This document shows, in pieces, positions 37,711 through 50,385 of a stretch of DNA of 64,000 nt (the first letter of the stretch is position 1; every line of letters starts with the position of its first letter). Source of the stretch: Octopus vulgaris (taxonomy: Eukaryota); assembly GCA_951406725.2 (NCBI GenBank), contig OX597824.1, positions 64,542,001 through 64,606,000 of the forward strand, written 5' to 3'. The translations under genes were made by a program, and so were the position numbers. The notes under the pieces are model-generated. The model saw only the letters and a list, made by a program, of their open reading frames with translations, was not told the origin of the DNA and made no database searches.

Positions 37711-39087
37711 TAATCTTTTCACTAATCTAAAATAATTTAATATTATCATTTAATAGTATTATTTAATATCACACTTACTAATCTAAATAACATAACTTTT
37801 TTGATTTAACATTATCTAATAATGTTATTTAATATTATTTAATAATGATAACTGGAGGAAAAGTATGTATATATGGCCATATATGTATCTTGTGTTTATA
37901 TATATGAATATATATGTATATATATAGTTTTGCTTCTCTATATACTTATTTAAATATCTGTAAATGTGTGTATATTTATCTCAATATACCTATATATGAA
38001 TTTAATTACCTATATACTTCTGCATGTATACTAGAAAACTAGTTCTGGTACACATGTAGGTATATGTATGCATATATGTGTGTGTGTGTGTATGTATATA
38101 CATATATATGCATAATATGTCTGTATCTGTATGTATCTATGTGTATGTAACTATGCATATGTATATGTATGTGGGTGCATATATATCTATCTATATATGT
38201 ATGCACTTGCAGATCTATGTCTATATGTTTACTTTAATATCTGTTTATAAGTGTATTTATATATATCCCAACATGCCTATATATATATTAAATTATTTAT
38301 AATCTTCTGCGTGTGTACGAATATATTAGTATGGGTATACATGTATGTATATATCTATACATGTGTATGTATATGCATATATATGTATGCATGTATGTAT
38401 GTATATGTATATATACAGATATGTTTTAATTGGTATGTATCAATGTGTATGAAACTAAGCATATGTATATGTGTGCATGTGTATATGTATGAACAATGTA
38501 TATGGGTGCATATGCATATCTATATACTTTTCTACTTGCGTATATACACATATACACATGTATATATAGGTATATGATAATTTTTTTTGTGCTTATATAC
38601 TTGTATGCATCCAACCATGCACATTATTGCCTATAATATATATATGCAATTACTTTAATATAATGTATTGTACTTCCAATTGTTAAATATGCGTATTTTG
38701 TATATGCATAAATCTATGTGCATATAGTGTAGCCAGATATTTTTGCACATATGTATGGAAGTATATTTGAGTATATATAAATTATACATTAGTATCTTGT
38801 TATGCTGACCTCTATCTATCTATCATCATCATCATCATCATCATCATTTAACGTCCGTTCTCCATGCTAGCATGGGTTGGACGGTTCAACCAGGGATCTG
38901 GGAAGCCAGAAGGCTGCACCAGGCTCCAGTCTTATCTGGCAATGACTGGATATATACAAATATATACAAATATTCATTTATTATTTTATAAATTCTATAA
39001 ATTATTTTTTTATATATATTATTTTAGCAACTTGTTTTTATAATTATTTTTATAACTATTTTATTTTTATTGAATATTGGCAGAGAA

Positions 39088-40965
39088 GCTTCAGCTAGGG
39101 TTCTCACAAGCAAGGCACATAGGTATAAAATCATCTGGCAAGGTAACACAGATGGAGTAGGGGGTGTAAGCATACTCCTTGTGAAGAAATGGGTGGATAA
39201 GGTCATAAAGGTTGTCAGGGTATGCAATAGAGTGCTTAAGCTCAGGCTAGTACTGCAGAACAGTATAGCTACAATTATCTCTGCATACGCTCCACAAGCG
39301 GGCCTACCAAATGGTCAGAAAGGCCATTTTTATGATACCCTCCTACAGGCTACCTCAAAGAGGAGTGGCAATGACCTCCTTTTTGCAACTGGAGATTTTA
39401 ATGGGCCTGTTGGACGGCAGTTCGGTATCTTCACTGATCTACACAGGGGCCATGGTACTGGTTGCCGAAACGAAGAGGGAACCAGGCTACTGGAGTTCTG
39501 TGATGCATGTAACTTTTTAATCTGCAACACTAACTTCAGGAAGCCAGACAGCCACCTGATAACCTATCTATCAAGTGACTCTAGTAGCCAGATCGATTTC
39601 ATCCTCACCAGACAGCAGGACGCAGGGTTGCTCTTAAATACAAAGACCCTCCCGGGTGAAGAATGTACCCCTCAGCATAGACTAGTCATTAGTGACTTTA
39701 GAATCAAGGCCAGAAGGATGCAAAGATGCAGACCAATCCAGAAAAGAAGTATCTGGAAGCTAAAGAATCCTTCACGTGGTCAGAAATTTAGGGATATCCT
39801 CATCAAGAAATTTGTTGAGAAGGAAGAGACAGCTACAGACCTTGGACATAGAGGGTAGCTGGAAATTCCATGGGTCAGCTTACTAAGAGTGAAAGGTAGA
39901 TTGTACGATGTATGTGTGTGAACTGCCATGCTTCAGGGCAGTGAAACATGGGCCGTGACTGCCTAAGACAAGTGTAGGCTTGAAAGAAATGAAGCTAGAA
40001 TGATCCGCTGGATGTGTAATGTCAGTATGCACACACAACAGAGTGTAGGCGCCCTGAGAGAAATGTTGGACATAAGAAGCATCGGATGTGGTGTGCAAAA
40101 GAGACATCTGCGCTGGTATGGTCATGTACTATGGATGGATGAGGAGAGCTGTATGAAGAAGTGCCACTCCTAAACAATTGAAGGAACCCGTGGTAGAGAG
40201 GGAGACCCAGGAAGACATGGGATGAGGTGGTGAAGCATGACCTTTGAATGTTGAGCCTCACAGAGCCAATGACAAAAGACCGAGACCTCTGGAGATATGC
40301 TGTGACTGAGAAGACCTGGCAAATAAAGTGAGATCACAGCTGCAATCTACACCAGTGTTGCATAACTAGCCCACTCAAAAAGTACCTTTGGATCATAGGG
40401 AAACATGCCATGCTTGAGGAGACCTATTAAGTCAAGTACATCAACATCAAAATCAAATTAAACTACAATCAAATGGAAATTGTAGTTGTGGCCAATGCCA
40501 GCACTGCCTATTTGGCTCCCCATGCCGGTGGCACGTAAAAAGCACCATCCAAACATGGTTGATATCAGCCCCCTTGTCCCAATTGACCACTGTGCTGGTG
40601 GCACATAAAAAGCACCATCTAAACGTGGCTGATGCCAGTGCCGCCTTGACTGGCTCCTATGCCAGTGACATGTAAAAGCACCATCCAAACGTGGTTGATG
40701 CCAGCCCCCTCTGGCTCCTGTACAAGTGGCATATAAAAGCACCACCCAAATGTGGTTGATGCCAGACCCCTCTGGCCCCTATGCCTGTGGCACATTAAAA
40801 GCACTCACTACACTCTCAGAGTGGTTGGCTTTAGGAAGGGCATCAAGCTGTAGAAACACTGCCAGATCAGATTAGAGCTCGGTGCAACCTCAAGGCTTCC
40901 CAGACCCCAGTCAAACCATTCAACCCATGCCAGCATGGAAAATGGACTTTAAACGATGATGATGA
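39088..40965 (+). mobile_element. RTE-clade LINE, internally deleted (APE endonuclease + RT C-terminus + 3' UTR)
   Basis: ORF 39070..39858 has ISAYAPQ, GDFNG, SQIDFIL and QHRLVI; LRVKGRLYD follows; (GAT)n tail. Confidence 0.88.
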
Positions 40966-40981
40966 TATATATATATATTAC

Positions 40982-42116
40982 ATCTACTACATATCTGGAA
41001 AATCGGTGTGTTTGTTTGTGGCATTGCTAGCTAACTCCTCCTACATTGTTTTATTGATTTTGATGAAACTTGACACATGAGTAGAACTCATGTCTGGAAA
41101 CCTTGTGACATACTTAGATTGTTGAAAAAATCGATAATACGACCACTGGAAGGGACCTTTATATCTACCTCATATAACTTTTTTTTTTAACACCCAATGG
41201 TGTTAAAACACCTGTACAATATTTTTTTTAAACACTCAAGGGAAATAACCCATTTCATTGTTTATGTTCGATTACTTTGAATATTGATTTTTTTTTGTGT
41301 GTTCTATTTCTAATTTTTGCAGACAATATCACTTTTATACTTTATTTGACACATGAGTAGAACTCATGTCTGGAAACCTCATGACATACTTAGATTGTAG
41401 AAAAAAAAATCGATAATAGGACACTTCCAATAGATCTTTCTATCTACTACATATTACTAATATTTTATTTAAACAACCCAAGAGAAATAACCCATACCAC
41501 CTACAGATTTTAGTGAAGCAATCAATATTTGATTCTCACGATCAGCCGACCTAATTCTGCATTTCACTACTCACAGTTTTGAACTGCTAAACATTATTAT
41601 TGCATTTCCTTAATTTGAATCTTAAACATTAAAGACTTCATTCATACATTTCTATACATACATACTTTTTTGAATGCCCACTACTCCGATAATTCTGTAT
41701 TTTTACTGTTACACTTTTTCCATGACAGTAGATAATTTTTTTATTTCACAATGTATTTGTAGTGGCTTCATGCAGGCATAGTGTGGATTTGATCCTCGAC
41801 TGCCAAATTTCACTTAACAATTCAGTGCTTTTCTCACAGTAAAACAATAGTGTTTCTGTGAATGACAATAGTTATACATTTCCCAGGTGCCTTTGCTAAG
41901 CAGAATAATGTCTTTGCCTCTCGCTAACCTCCAACAACTACTCTCACCAACCTCCAACAATCTCTCCCTCCTCTAGCTGACAGTTTTTTGTACCTTTTTG
42001 CGATGGAAAATACCTCTTTTGTGGCAGTTATAATGAAATTGCTTTCTTATATCAGAGTAATAAGGTATTTCAATAGAACATCTTTACCCCCGGGAGTTAC
42101 TGGGTACACCAGCTAG
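40982..42116 (+). mobile_element. Non-autonomous Helitron-like element
   Basis: Starts TCTACTAC; ends with a CCCCGGGAG..CTGGG hairpin + CTAG|T. Confidence 0.55.
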
Positions 42117-42248
42117 TATATACATATATATACATACATATAAATATGTATACATATATATACATCTATACATATACACATATACATATAGATATACATA
42201 CATATATATATACATATACATCTATACATATTCATCTATATATATATA

Positions 42249-43634
42249 TCTATTTATAAAACTGAAATGCGAAAAGTTTGTTTGTTTGTTTGTTTGTCTG
42301 GTTTTGGCATTGAGAACGGGTTAAAGGCCACTAGATCCCGTCGGATTGACTCCAAAATTTACAGGGACATGTAAAATGAGGTGAGGATGCCAGTGGGCTA
42401 GAAATCCCTATCTTAAAAGGTGTCGTTGCTAGGGCCACAAACGCACTTTGAAAAGTCTACTCTCATTCTTTTATGTATCTGTCTTCCTCCATCACTCATT
42501 CTCTTTCCTCCCTTCCCATCACTTTCTATATATAACGTCGTCTAACAGGGTCTAACTCCCCTTCACTTTCTCTAAATTCCTCATCTTATAAAATGTGGTC
42601 CGAGTAGACCCGAATGAAATCGGGTTATATTAACCAAAATGTGAAAAGGGGTCTAAATGGGGCTAGAAGGGGATTAAAATTTAAAGGAGCGGGTGTTTAG
42701 GAATTCTCTGTTACATCAAGCTAAAATATTTGCGCCAGCCTTTTAATCACCAATGTGTTGCCGTCCATGATGAAGAAGTTTTGAATGCTTGCCATGATGA
42801 GTCTACTGTCGTGAGAAAGAATCACTTCAAAACTTGGTGTTTAGGAATTTTCTTTTACATCAAGTTCAAAATTTTACGCCAGCCATTAAACTGTCAATAC
42901 GTTGCTGTCTGTCGTTAAGAAATGCCAGCCATGGTGACTCTACTATCCTCAGATTCTATCCCTTCAAAATTTGGTTTCCAATATTTTATTATTTTTATTC
43001 AGCTCGCAAGTTCGTCTGTCCCTTTTAAATGTTAGTGTTTTGCTGTCTGCCTTGAAGCAGACCTTTCCGTTGTCACTGCCTGATATTTATGATTGATCTT
43101 TCAAAATATTTTATTTCTCAACTTACTCAAGATCTTTTGTTGTTTATAAATGGGAGAGAGATAGATAACGATAGAGAGTAAGAGAAAGCGAGGGAGAGTC
43201 CGAGAGAAAAGAAAAGTAAGAGAATGGGAAAGTGAGAGAGAAACAAAGAGGAAGAATCATCATCATCATCATCGTTTAACGTCCCTTTTCCGTGCTAGCA
43301 TGGGTTGGACAGTTTGACCGGGGTCTGGGAAGCCAGGAGGCTGCACCAGGCTCCAGTCTGATCTGGCAGTGTTTCTACAGGTGGATGCCCTTCCTAATGC
43401 CAACCACTCTGTAAGTGTAGTGGGTGCTTTTTTCGTGCCGCTGGCACAGGTGCCAGGGGGGCTGGCAGTGGCCACGATCGGTTTGTGCTTTTTACGTGTC
43501 ACCAGCACAGAAGCCAGTCAAGGCGGCACTGCAATCGGCCACGTTCGGATGGTGTTTTTTAAGTGCTGAAAGGAAGCAACAGAAAGTAACAACCACACTC
43601 TTACCCGCGCGTAGAGCGGGTCACCTTAAGCTAG
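42249..43634 (+). mobile_element. Non-autonomous Helitron-like element with a nested RTE-3'-type repeat (43258-43565)
   Basis: Starts TCTATTTATAAAA; ends with a CCCGC..GCGGG hairpin + CTAG|T; flanked by (TA)n. Confidence 0.65.
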
Positions 43635-43667
<33 letters not shown>

Positions 43668-44137
43668 ATATTTCGGAATGGTCATATTGCCAGTTTAGCC
43701 AATAAAAACACACGCACTATATATTTGGTGTTATTTTGCTTCAGTGATATTTATTTTTTACATTAATCTTAATCTTATTTCGGCCAGAGTTCTTTCGTCA
43801 CACTCCTGTGACCGCATCAGTGGTCCTTTGTTTTCTTCTTTCGTATTTGTGTCTCTCCTTACTAACCGTCAGCCATTTTGTATTTCTATTGTATGTCTTC
43901 ATTTGCGCATGCTTATATCTCTATGTGCGTCTATGTTTATTTAGTGTGTGGGGGGGATGCCTGTAATATTTGTATCTTCTGTTTATATACATTCATGTAA
44001 TTTGTATTTTGTTTTTGTTGTTGTTGCTTTTGTTCTAATTTTGTTCATGTGTTTACATCCACCCATTATTATCATTACATATGCTTGTATGTATGTATAA
44101 CAACAATATTAGTAATAATAATAATAAATCTAATCGA

Positions 44138-44178
<41 letters not shown>

Positions 44179-44195
44179 CACATATATATACACAC

Positions 44196-44249
<54 letters not shown>

Positions 44250-44349
44250 CATATACATACATAGATATATATACATATATATAGTTATTCATTTCTATTT
44301 GCTTATTTATCTGTGTATTTATTTATTATGTTTTCGGGATCCTCTATCG

Positions 44350-46100
44350 TCATATGTTGTGGTGTGTGTTATTGCTCCATTCTAGTTTTCTATTCAGGCT
44401 AGGTTTATTTTCTATTATATGTGTAGCTTCTGTAATTTGTCTAATTGTTGCATCTGTTCTATGTGTGGACAATAGCTTAATCTCTATGTTATTGATTGAT
44501 CCCCCGTGTTCCTGTTCGGCGTGTTGGTACAGAATCAATGAGCTTTTACCTTCCTTGAGTTGTCTCCAATGTTCATTCACCCGCTCTCCTATGCTTCTTG
44601 CCGTTTCCCCTACGTATGTTATTGTCTTGTTACTGCATCGTCCCTCTATACATCTTATACTATAGACTACATTTCTGGCTTTACAGTTTGTTTGTGGGCT
44701 AAATCTACATACAGTGCAATAGTTATCCGTACAGAGGGTTCTACTAAAAGGATAGGTTCTACCAATTATAGATTTGATAGGGTTGCCTGGCTTTTCAACA
44801 ACCTTAATTCTTAGTTTAAGTTTATCTAAAGCGGTACGCCAGTTCACCTCCAGGGGTGGTGTCAACGAACATGACACTGGTATTTATGGCTATCATACCA
44901 AGAGTTGGCCTTCCCTATTTTCTTTTTTGTCCTTTCTATAGTGTTCCATGACTTGTTCCTATAGAGTAGGCAAATCCCATTCCTATCATTACATAATATC
45001 TTATCAAATTTCTTCATGGCTCCTTTGTATACTCTGGTCCTTTCTTTATGGCTGTAACCTGAGAACTGCATGCGGTGAATGAAATACTGTATGTGTCTCT
45101 TTAATTCTGTAGGCTCGCACATGCGTGACACATTTCTCATTATTCTGATGAGGTCTGCCATCAAAATATTGAATTTGGCATTGCCTGCAATGGCTGAGTT
45201 CCGGTGGATCAGGTATTTTGAGGCCATAAGTTTTGCATAGTATGAATGAAGGATTTGGGTTTTATTTTTCACAATTTCTAGCCAGAGTTCAGTGTCTAGT
45301 ACTGGTAGTCTATGGTTGGGGTGTTTAGTGGGGTAGTCTATTGTGACCTTAATACTCTGGTGGATGGAGTTAGCTATTTGCTGGATGCTCTCCATAGTAT
45401 TAGTTTCTATTACTATATCAACATTACTCTCTTGTGGGGGTGCCTTTACCACTATGTTGATATCATCAACATAGCGAGAGTACATGTTTACAAGTATGGA
45501 TTTCTGCAGCAGGCATTCTTTAAGCCTTCTATCCCACCATACCATGAAAAGGTTGGCCACATCACCAGCGATACTAACACCGATGGCTGCCCCCTCATCC
45601 TGGGCATATATTTTATTATTAAATTTAAATGTGTGGCCTTTTAGGGTAACTCTTATACTAGCTCCTAGTGCATGTGCGATCATTTTCTTTACCTGATGGA
45701 CATTTGCGGGGCTCCGTATGGCTCTGATCCATCCGCGCCATCTTTCTATATGTGTCTTCCTAGCCATAGAAGTAACTGTAGGTGGTCTACCTCTTAAACA
45801 TCTACTGGGGCAGAAACTACTAAGATTATGTTTATCTAAGTATTCATTATTATATGTCAGTCTAAGTAGGAGGCCCAGTTCTTCTATGTTGACATTACAG
45901 AACTCCACCTGGCTCACGTTGATCATCTCCATGCACTTCTCCACTGCAAAATCTATGTCAATCGATGGGTATAGGGATACCACATCCATGCTACCTACTA
46001 TACATCCTGTCAAGTCACAAGTTTTGTTACAGTCACTGATCTTGCTTAGGAGATCTGTAAATTTAGAGTGAATACTTGATAAGTGTAAGCACCTGTATAT
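44350..46100 (-). mobile_element. Penelope-like retroelement (RT + GIY-YIG endonuclease), with one frameshift near 44870
   Basis: SMDVVSLYPSID, QDEGAAIG, YSRYVDD and LPVLDTEL in ORF 44862..46136; NVVYSIRC..YVGETARS..ER..EH in ORF 44350..44877. Confidence 0.92.
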
Positions 46101-46165
46101 GCCAGATAAAGGCACAGGTGAGAGAGTATATATCAAATATAATTAAAAACAGAACACAAAGGATA

Positions 46166-46260
46166 TTGCAGTACACGTGTTTCAAGCTTTATAAACAATC
46201 CGTTATTACATCAGTGTATTAATGATATAAAAGATGGTTTAAAGCTCTCCTCAGCTGCAA
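46166..46260 (-). ncRNA. Type I hammerhead ribozyme (Penelope-associated)
   Basis: Minus strand: UUGCAG-CUGAGGA-GAGCUUUA...UAAAGCUU-GAAA-CACGUG-UA-CUGCAA. The core is complete, with stems I and II and a minimal palindromic stem III. Confidence 0.8.
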
Positions 46261-46789
46261 ACATTGTTAGTCCAAAGACTACATCACAATATAAAAAATA
46301 TAAAAAGTACATGTAGTATTACCCATTATAATAGGTTTATCATATCCCCCTGAAAAAGTATATTTGTATAATTTCCTAACTGTATAAATGTATAAAGATT
46401 CATTGGATTTCGAAAATCTGCCTGTACTGTATCACCAATCAGCATAGAGTGAATGTTAAATAGATTGGAATGAGTTTATATTTAATTCTCTCGTAAAAGA
46501 TAGTAGGAAAAATAGAAAGAAAAAATAGAGAGAAAAAATAAAAAATAAGAAATAAAGAATAAGAGTAATGGAAGTAAATGACAATAGAAGCAAAAGACAA
46601 GAGTAATAAAAGCAAAAATAATAAAAGTAAAAATAAGGATAATAAAGTTAGATCCACATATAAATAAGAATTAGCCAAATTAGGCTAAAGTGACAAAAGA
46701 GATAAAAACAAAAGAAATAAGGACATAAAGTAGAGTAAGAGATAAAGAGATAGGATAATAAAGGGCTAAGATTTTGGCTTTGATGAGAT

Positions 46790-47025
46790 GGTGGCGGCGA
46801 GCTGGCAGAGATGTTAGCACGCCGGGCAAAATGCTTAGCGGTATTTCGTCTGCCGTTACGTTGTGAGTTCAAATTCCGCCAAGGTCGACTTTGCCTTTCA
46901 TCCTTTCGGGGTCGATAAATTAAGTACCAGTTACGCACTGGGGTCGATGTAATCGACTTAATACTTATGTCTGTCCTTGTTTGTCCTCTCTATGTTTAGC
47001 CCCTTGTGGGTAATAAAGAAATAGG
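46790..47025 (+). mobile_element. tRNA-derived SINE family B (other copies at ~23685, 50645, 55798, 56210, 60870 and 61190)
   Basis: GGCGGCGAGCTGGCAGA...GAGTTCAAATTCCGCC...CTTTGCCTTTCATCCTTTCGGGGTCGATAAA; multi-copy. Confidence 0.8.
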
Positions 47026-47194
47026 TAGTGGTCATAAATAATTTCTTATTTTGACCACTTGTTGAAATACAGATTGAGGTTGTAATTTGATATCGCTGTG
47101 ATGAATGGTCAGTTTACACTAAAATAACTTACGACTAAAAATTACTAGCTTTATAAGTTTATAGTATATGTATATGTGTGTGCATACACGCACT

Positions 47195-47237
<43 letters not shown>

Positions 47238-48883
47238 TAACATGCCTCATTAGCACAGCATTAAATACATGGATTTACACATACATCTCCACACATATCT
47301 ACAGTTACACCCTAGTAAACATATACATACACTACTATATCCACCTATCCTTAAGCATATGTACAAATATAGATATGAATACACACACATACACACACCT
47401 ATATCTTTACACAAACATATATATATATATACACACATATACATACATATATATACACACACACACATATATGCATATATACATACACACATATATGCAT
47501 ATATACATACACACATGTATACACATATATATATCTCCATGTGTAGTATTCACATACATTCACGTACTTCCATCCATGTGTATACATACATACATTACAT
47601 CTTATAAGTGTATATCTTGTTTATGAGTACATAACAGTTATAATTTAATATACTATTCTCCATAGATTGAGTTCCATATATTTAAAAGTTTTTAAAATGT
47701 TTTTTATCTGTCTATGACAAATCTAATAAGCTTATCATTAAGTAGCTATAAGTTGGAGTGATGGATTATCAGTAAAGGGAATGAATTGAAAGGAAAGAAA
47801 TAAAAGAAATAAATATACAGATAAGTGATAAAAGGGAGTAGTAGGGAGTAGCAAATTAACAATAAATGAAGTAATTGGTATAGAGGTATAAGTTTCTATA
47901 GGAATAGAGCTATGTCAGAATCATTTTTTAAAAAAGGGAGTTTTACAAGGATCATTTTAAAAAAAAAAACGTAATAGTGAAAGGGCATTAGAAGTAGTAA
48001 AATACTGACAGCTTAAACTGGTGATGTTAGAAAGATGTTGTAAGATATCAAGAATGTATCAATAATATATCAAAATCCATCAAATATATTTGGAAATGTT
48101 CAAAAGATATCTGACATGATACATAAAAAGATAAATAATAATAAATAATAATAGGTTACAAAGAGGTAAAGAGCAAAGTGAAAATGTAAAGAATAAAATA
48201 AGCTGAAATGAATATTAAGATGGAAGTTAAAGATAAAATACAAAGAAAACATTATAATAATTGTAATAATATAATAATACAATAGTAATAATATAGTGAT
48301 TGAAAAAATATATATTGATTGGAGAAATTTCAAGATTATCCAATTGTGTAAATTATACTCCTATTTTGATTGCTTAGGAAGTGTATGAATTTGAAAAAGT
48401 CTATGTTCCTATTTACCCATGATTACTAGTATAATATTACTATAAACATTACTGAAGTTATTATTGTTGGCTGGTAATGATATTCTTAATTATAGACTCA
48501 ATGACTAGATTATTTATATATGTTCTGTATAAATAAGTCTAAAGTTCTCAAATTGATTAATACGTGCCTACTATATGGGGTCAGAATTTAGTTAGGTGAA
48601 AGTAAACTGAATAAGTAAGTAGTAGGGGGTAAAACTAGGAGTTGTTAATCCAATGCCTGAATAGTGGCAGGAGGGAGCAGATGATGGAAATTCCAAAAGG
48701 GACAATATCAAGAAGGGATTAAAGTAGCATATTGTAGGATGTAGTAATTCCTACAAAACCTCTTGGTAAACAATTCAAACTTTGTATGAGTTCATACCTC
48801 AAAGAATTCAAGCTGTAATTACTGCCAAAGGCAGGCCTACCCCTATTAAAATAGGTGTTTCCATTATTTTGTCCAACCCCTGT

Positions 48884-48895
48884 GTATAAAAGTGA

Positions 48896-48933
<38 letters not shown>

Positions 48934-49320
48934 GCCTGCATAACTTCTGAAGTTCACAACTGATCTTCTCCAAACTGGTACTATACATTACTTATGTTCT
49001 AGAGATGGTTTTAGACTCTTAAAAGTTTTCACATAATGAGTAATGGACCCTCTGGGAGCAAAAAATACCCTTCCTGGGTTACGTGGAGAAGGGAGGTAAC
49101 TCTTTGCAAAGTAACTTTCAGAAATTGATTGTCTCCCTTACATCCATTGGTAAAAAAAATTATCGCAATTTCCATTGGCTGTGTGAAAGAATAATACTGG
49201 CTCCAAAAAACAGCACTGTATGTAAAATTAATGAGCAGCTGTTGCAGTACCTTTCTGGAAGTCCTCACATCTATAAGTCAGTTGATACAATCCTAGTTCC
49301 AGAAAAGGTGGTATTTTGAA
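48884..49320 (+). mobile_element. Helitron fragment with a Pif1-helicase remnant
   Basis: WLCERIILAPKNSTVCKINEQLL..L.G..IYKSVDT, homologous to the 2197..2718 ORF. Confidence 0.7.
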
Positions 49321-49596
49321 CAGTCATGAGTTCAATTCCCGGTGATGTGTTGTGTCCTTGAGCAAGACACTTTATTTCACATTACTCCAGTCCACTCAGC
49401 TGGCAAAAATGAGTAGTACTTGTATTTCAAAGGGCAGCCTTGTCACACTTTGTATCATGCTGAATCTCCCTGAGAGCTACATTAAGGGTACACATGTCTG
49501 TGAAATGCTCAGCCACTTGCATGTTAATTTCACAAGCAAGCTGTTCTGTTGATCATATCCGCTGGGACCTCATGGTCATAACTGATGGAGTGCTCT

Positions 49597-49641
<45 letters not shown>

Positions 49642-49943
49642 GGATGGATGGATGTATTCTTTTATTCTTTTACTTGTTTCAGTCATTTTGACTGTGGCCA
49701 TGTTGGAGCACTGCCTACTTTGTTTTGTGAGCCTGGTACTTATTTTATCAGTCTCTTTTGCTGAACCGCCAAGTTATAGGGATGTAATCACACCAACATC
49801 GGTTGTCAAGCGATGGGGGGGGAGACAAACATAGACACAAACACATAAGTATATAGATACATACATATATATATATATATATATGACAGACTTATTTCAG
49901 TATCCGTCTACCAAATCTACGCACAAGACTTTGGTCAGCCTGA

Positions 49944-50385
49944 GGCTATAATAGAAGACACTTGCCCAAGGTACCATGCAGTGGGACTGAACTCCAAACC
50001 ATGTGGCTGGGAAGCTGGTAAGTGGGAAGGCTGCACCAGACTCCAGTCTGATTTGGCATGGTTTTCTACAGTTGGATGCCCTTCCCTTGGATGGCTATAG
50101 TAGAAGACACTTGCCCAAGGTACCATGCAGTGGGACTGAACACCAAACTGTGTGGCTGGGAAGCTGGTAAGTGGGAAGGCTGCACCAGACTCCAGTCTGA
50201 TTTGGCATGGTTTTCTACAGTTGGATGCCCTTCCCTTGGATGGCTATATTAGAAGACACTTGCCCAAGGTACCATGCAGTGGGACTGAACTCCAAACTAT
50301 GTGGCTGTGAAGCTGGTAAGTGGGAAGGCTGCACCAGACTCCAGTCTGATTTGGCATGGTTTTCTACAGTTGGATGCCCTTCCCA
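49944..50385. repeat. Tandem triplication of a 149-bp chimeric SINE/RTE-tail unit
   Basis: The anchor ggctata occurs at 49944, 50093 and 50242. Confidence 0.9.
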
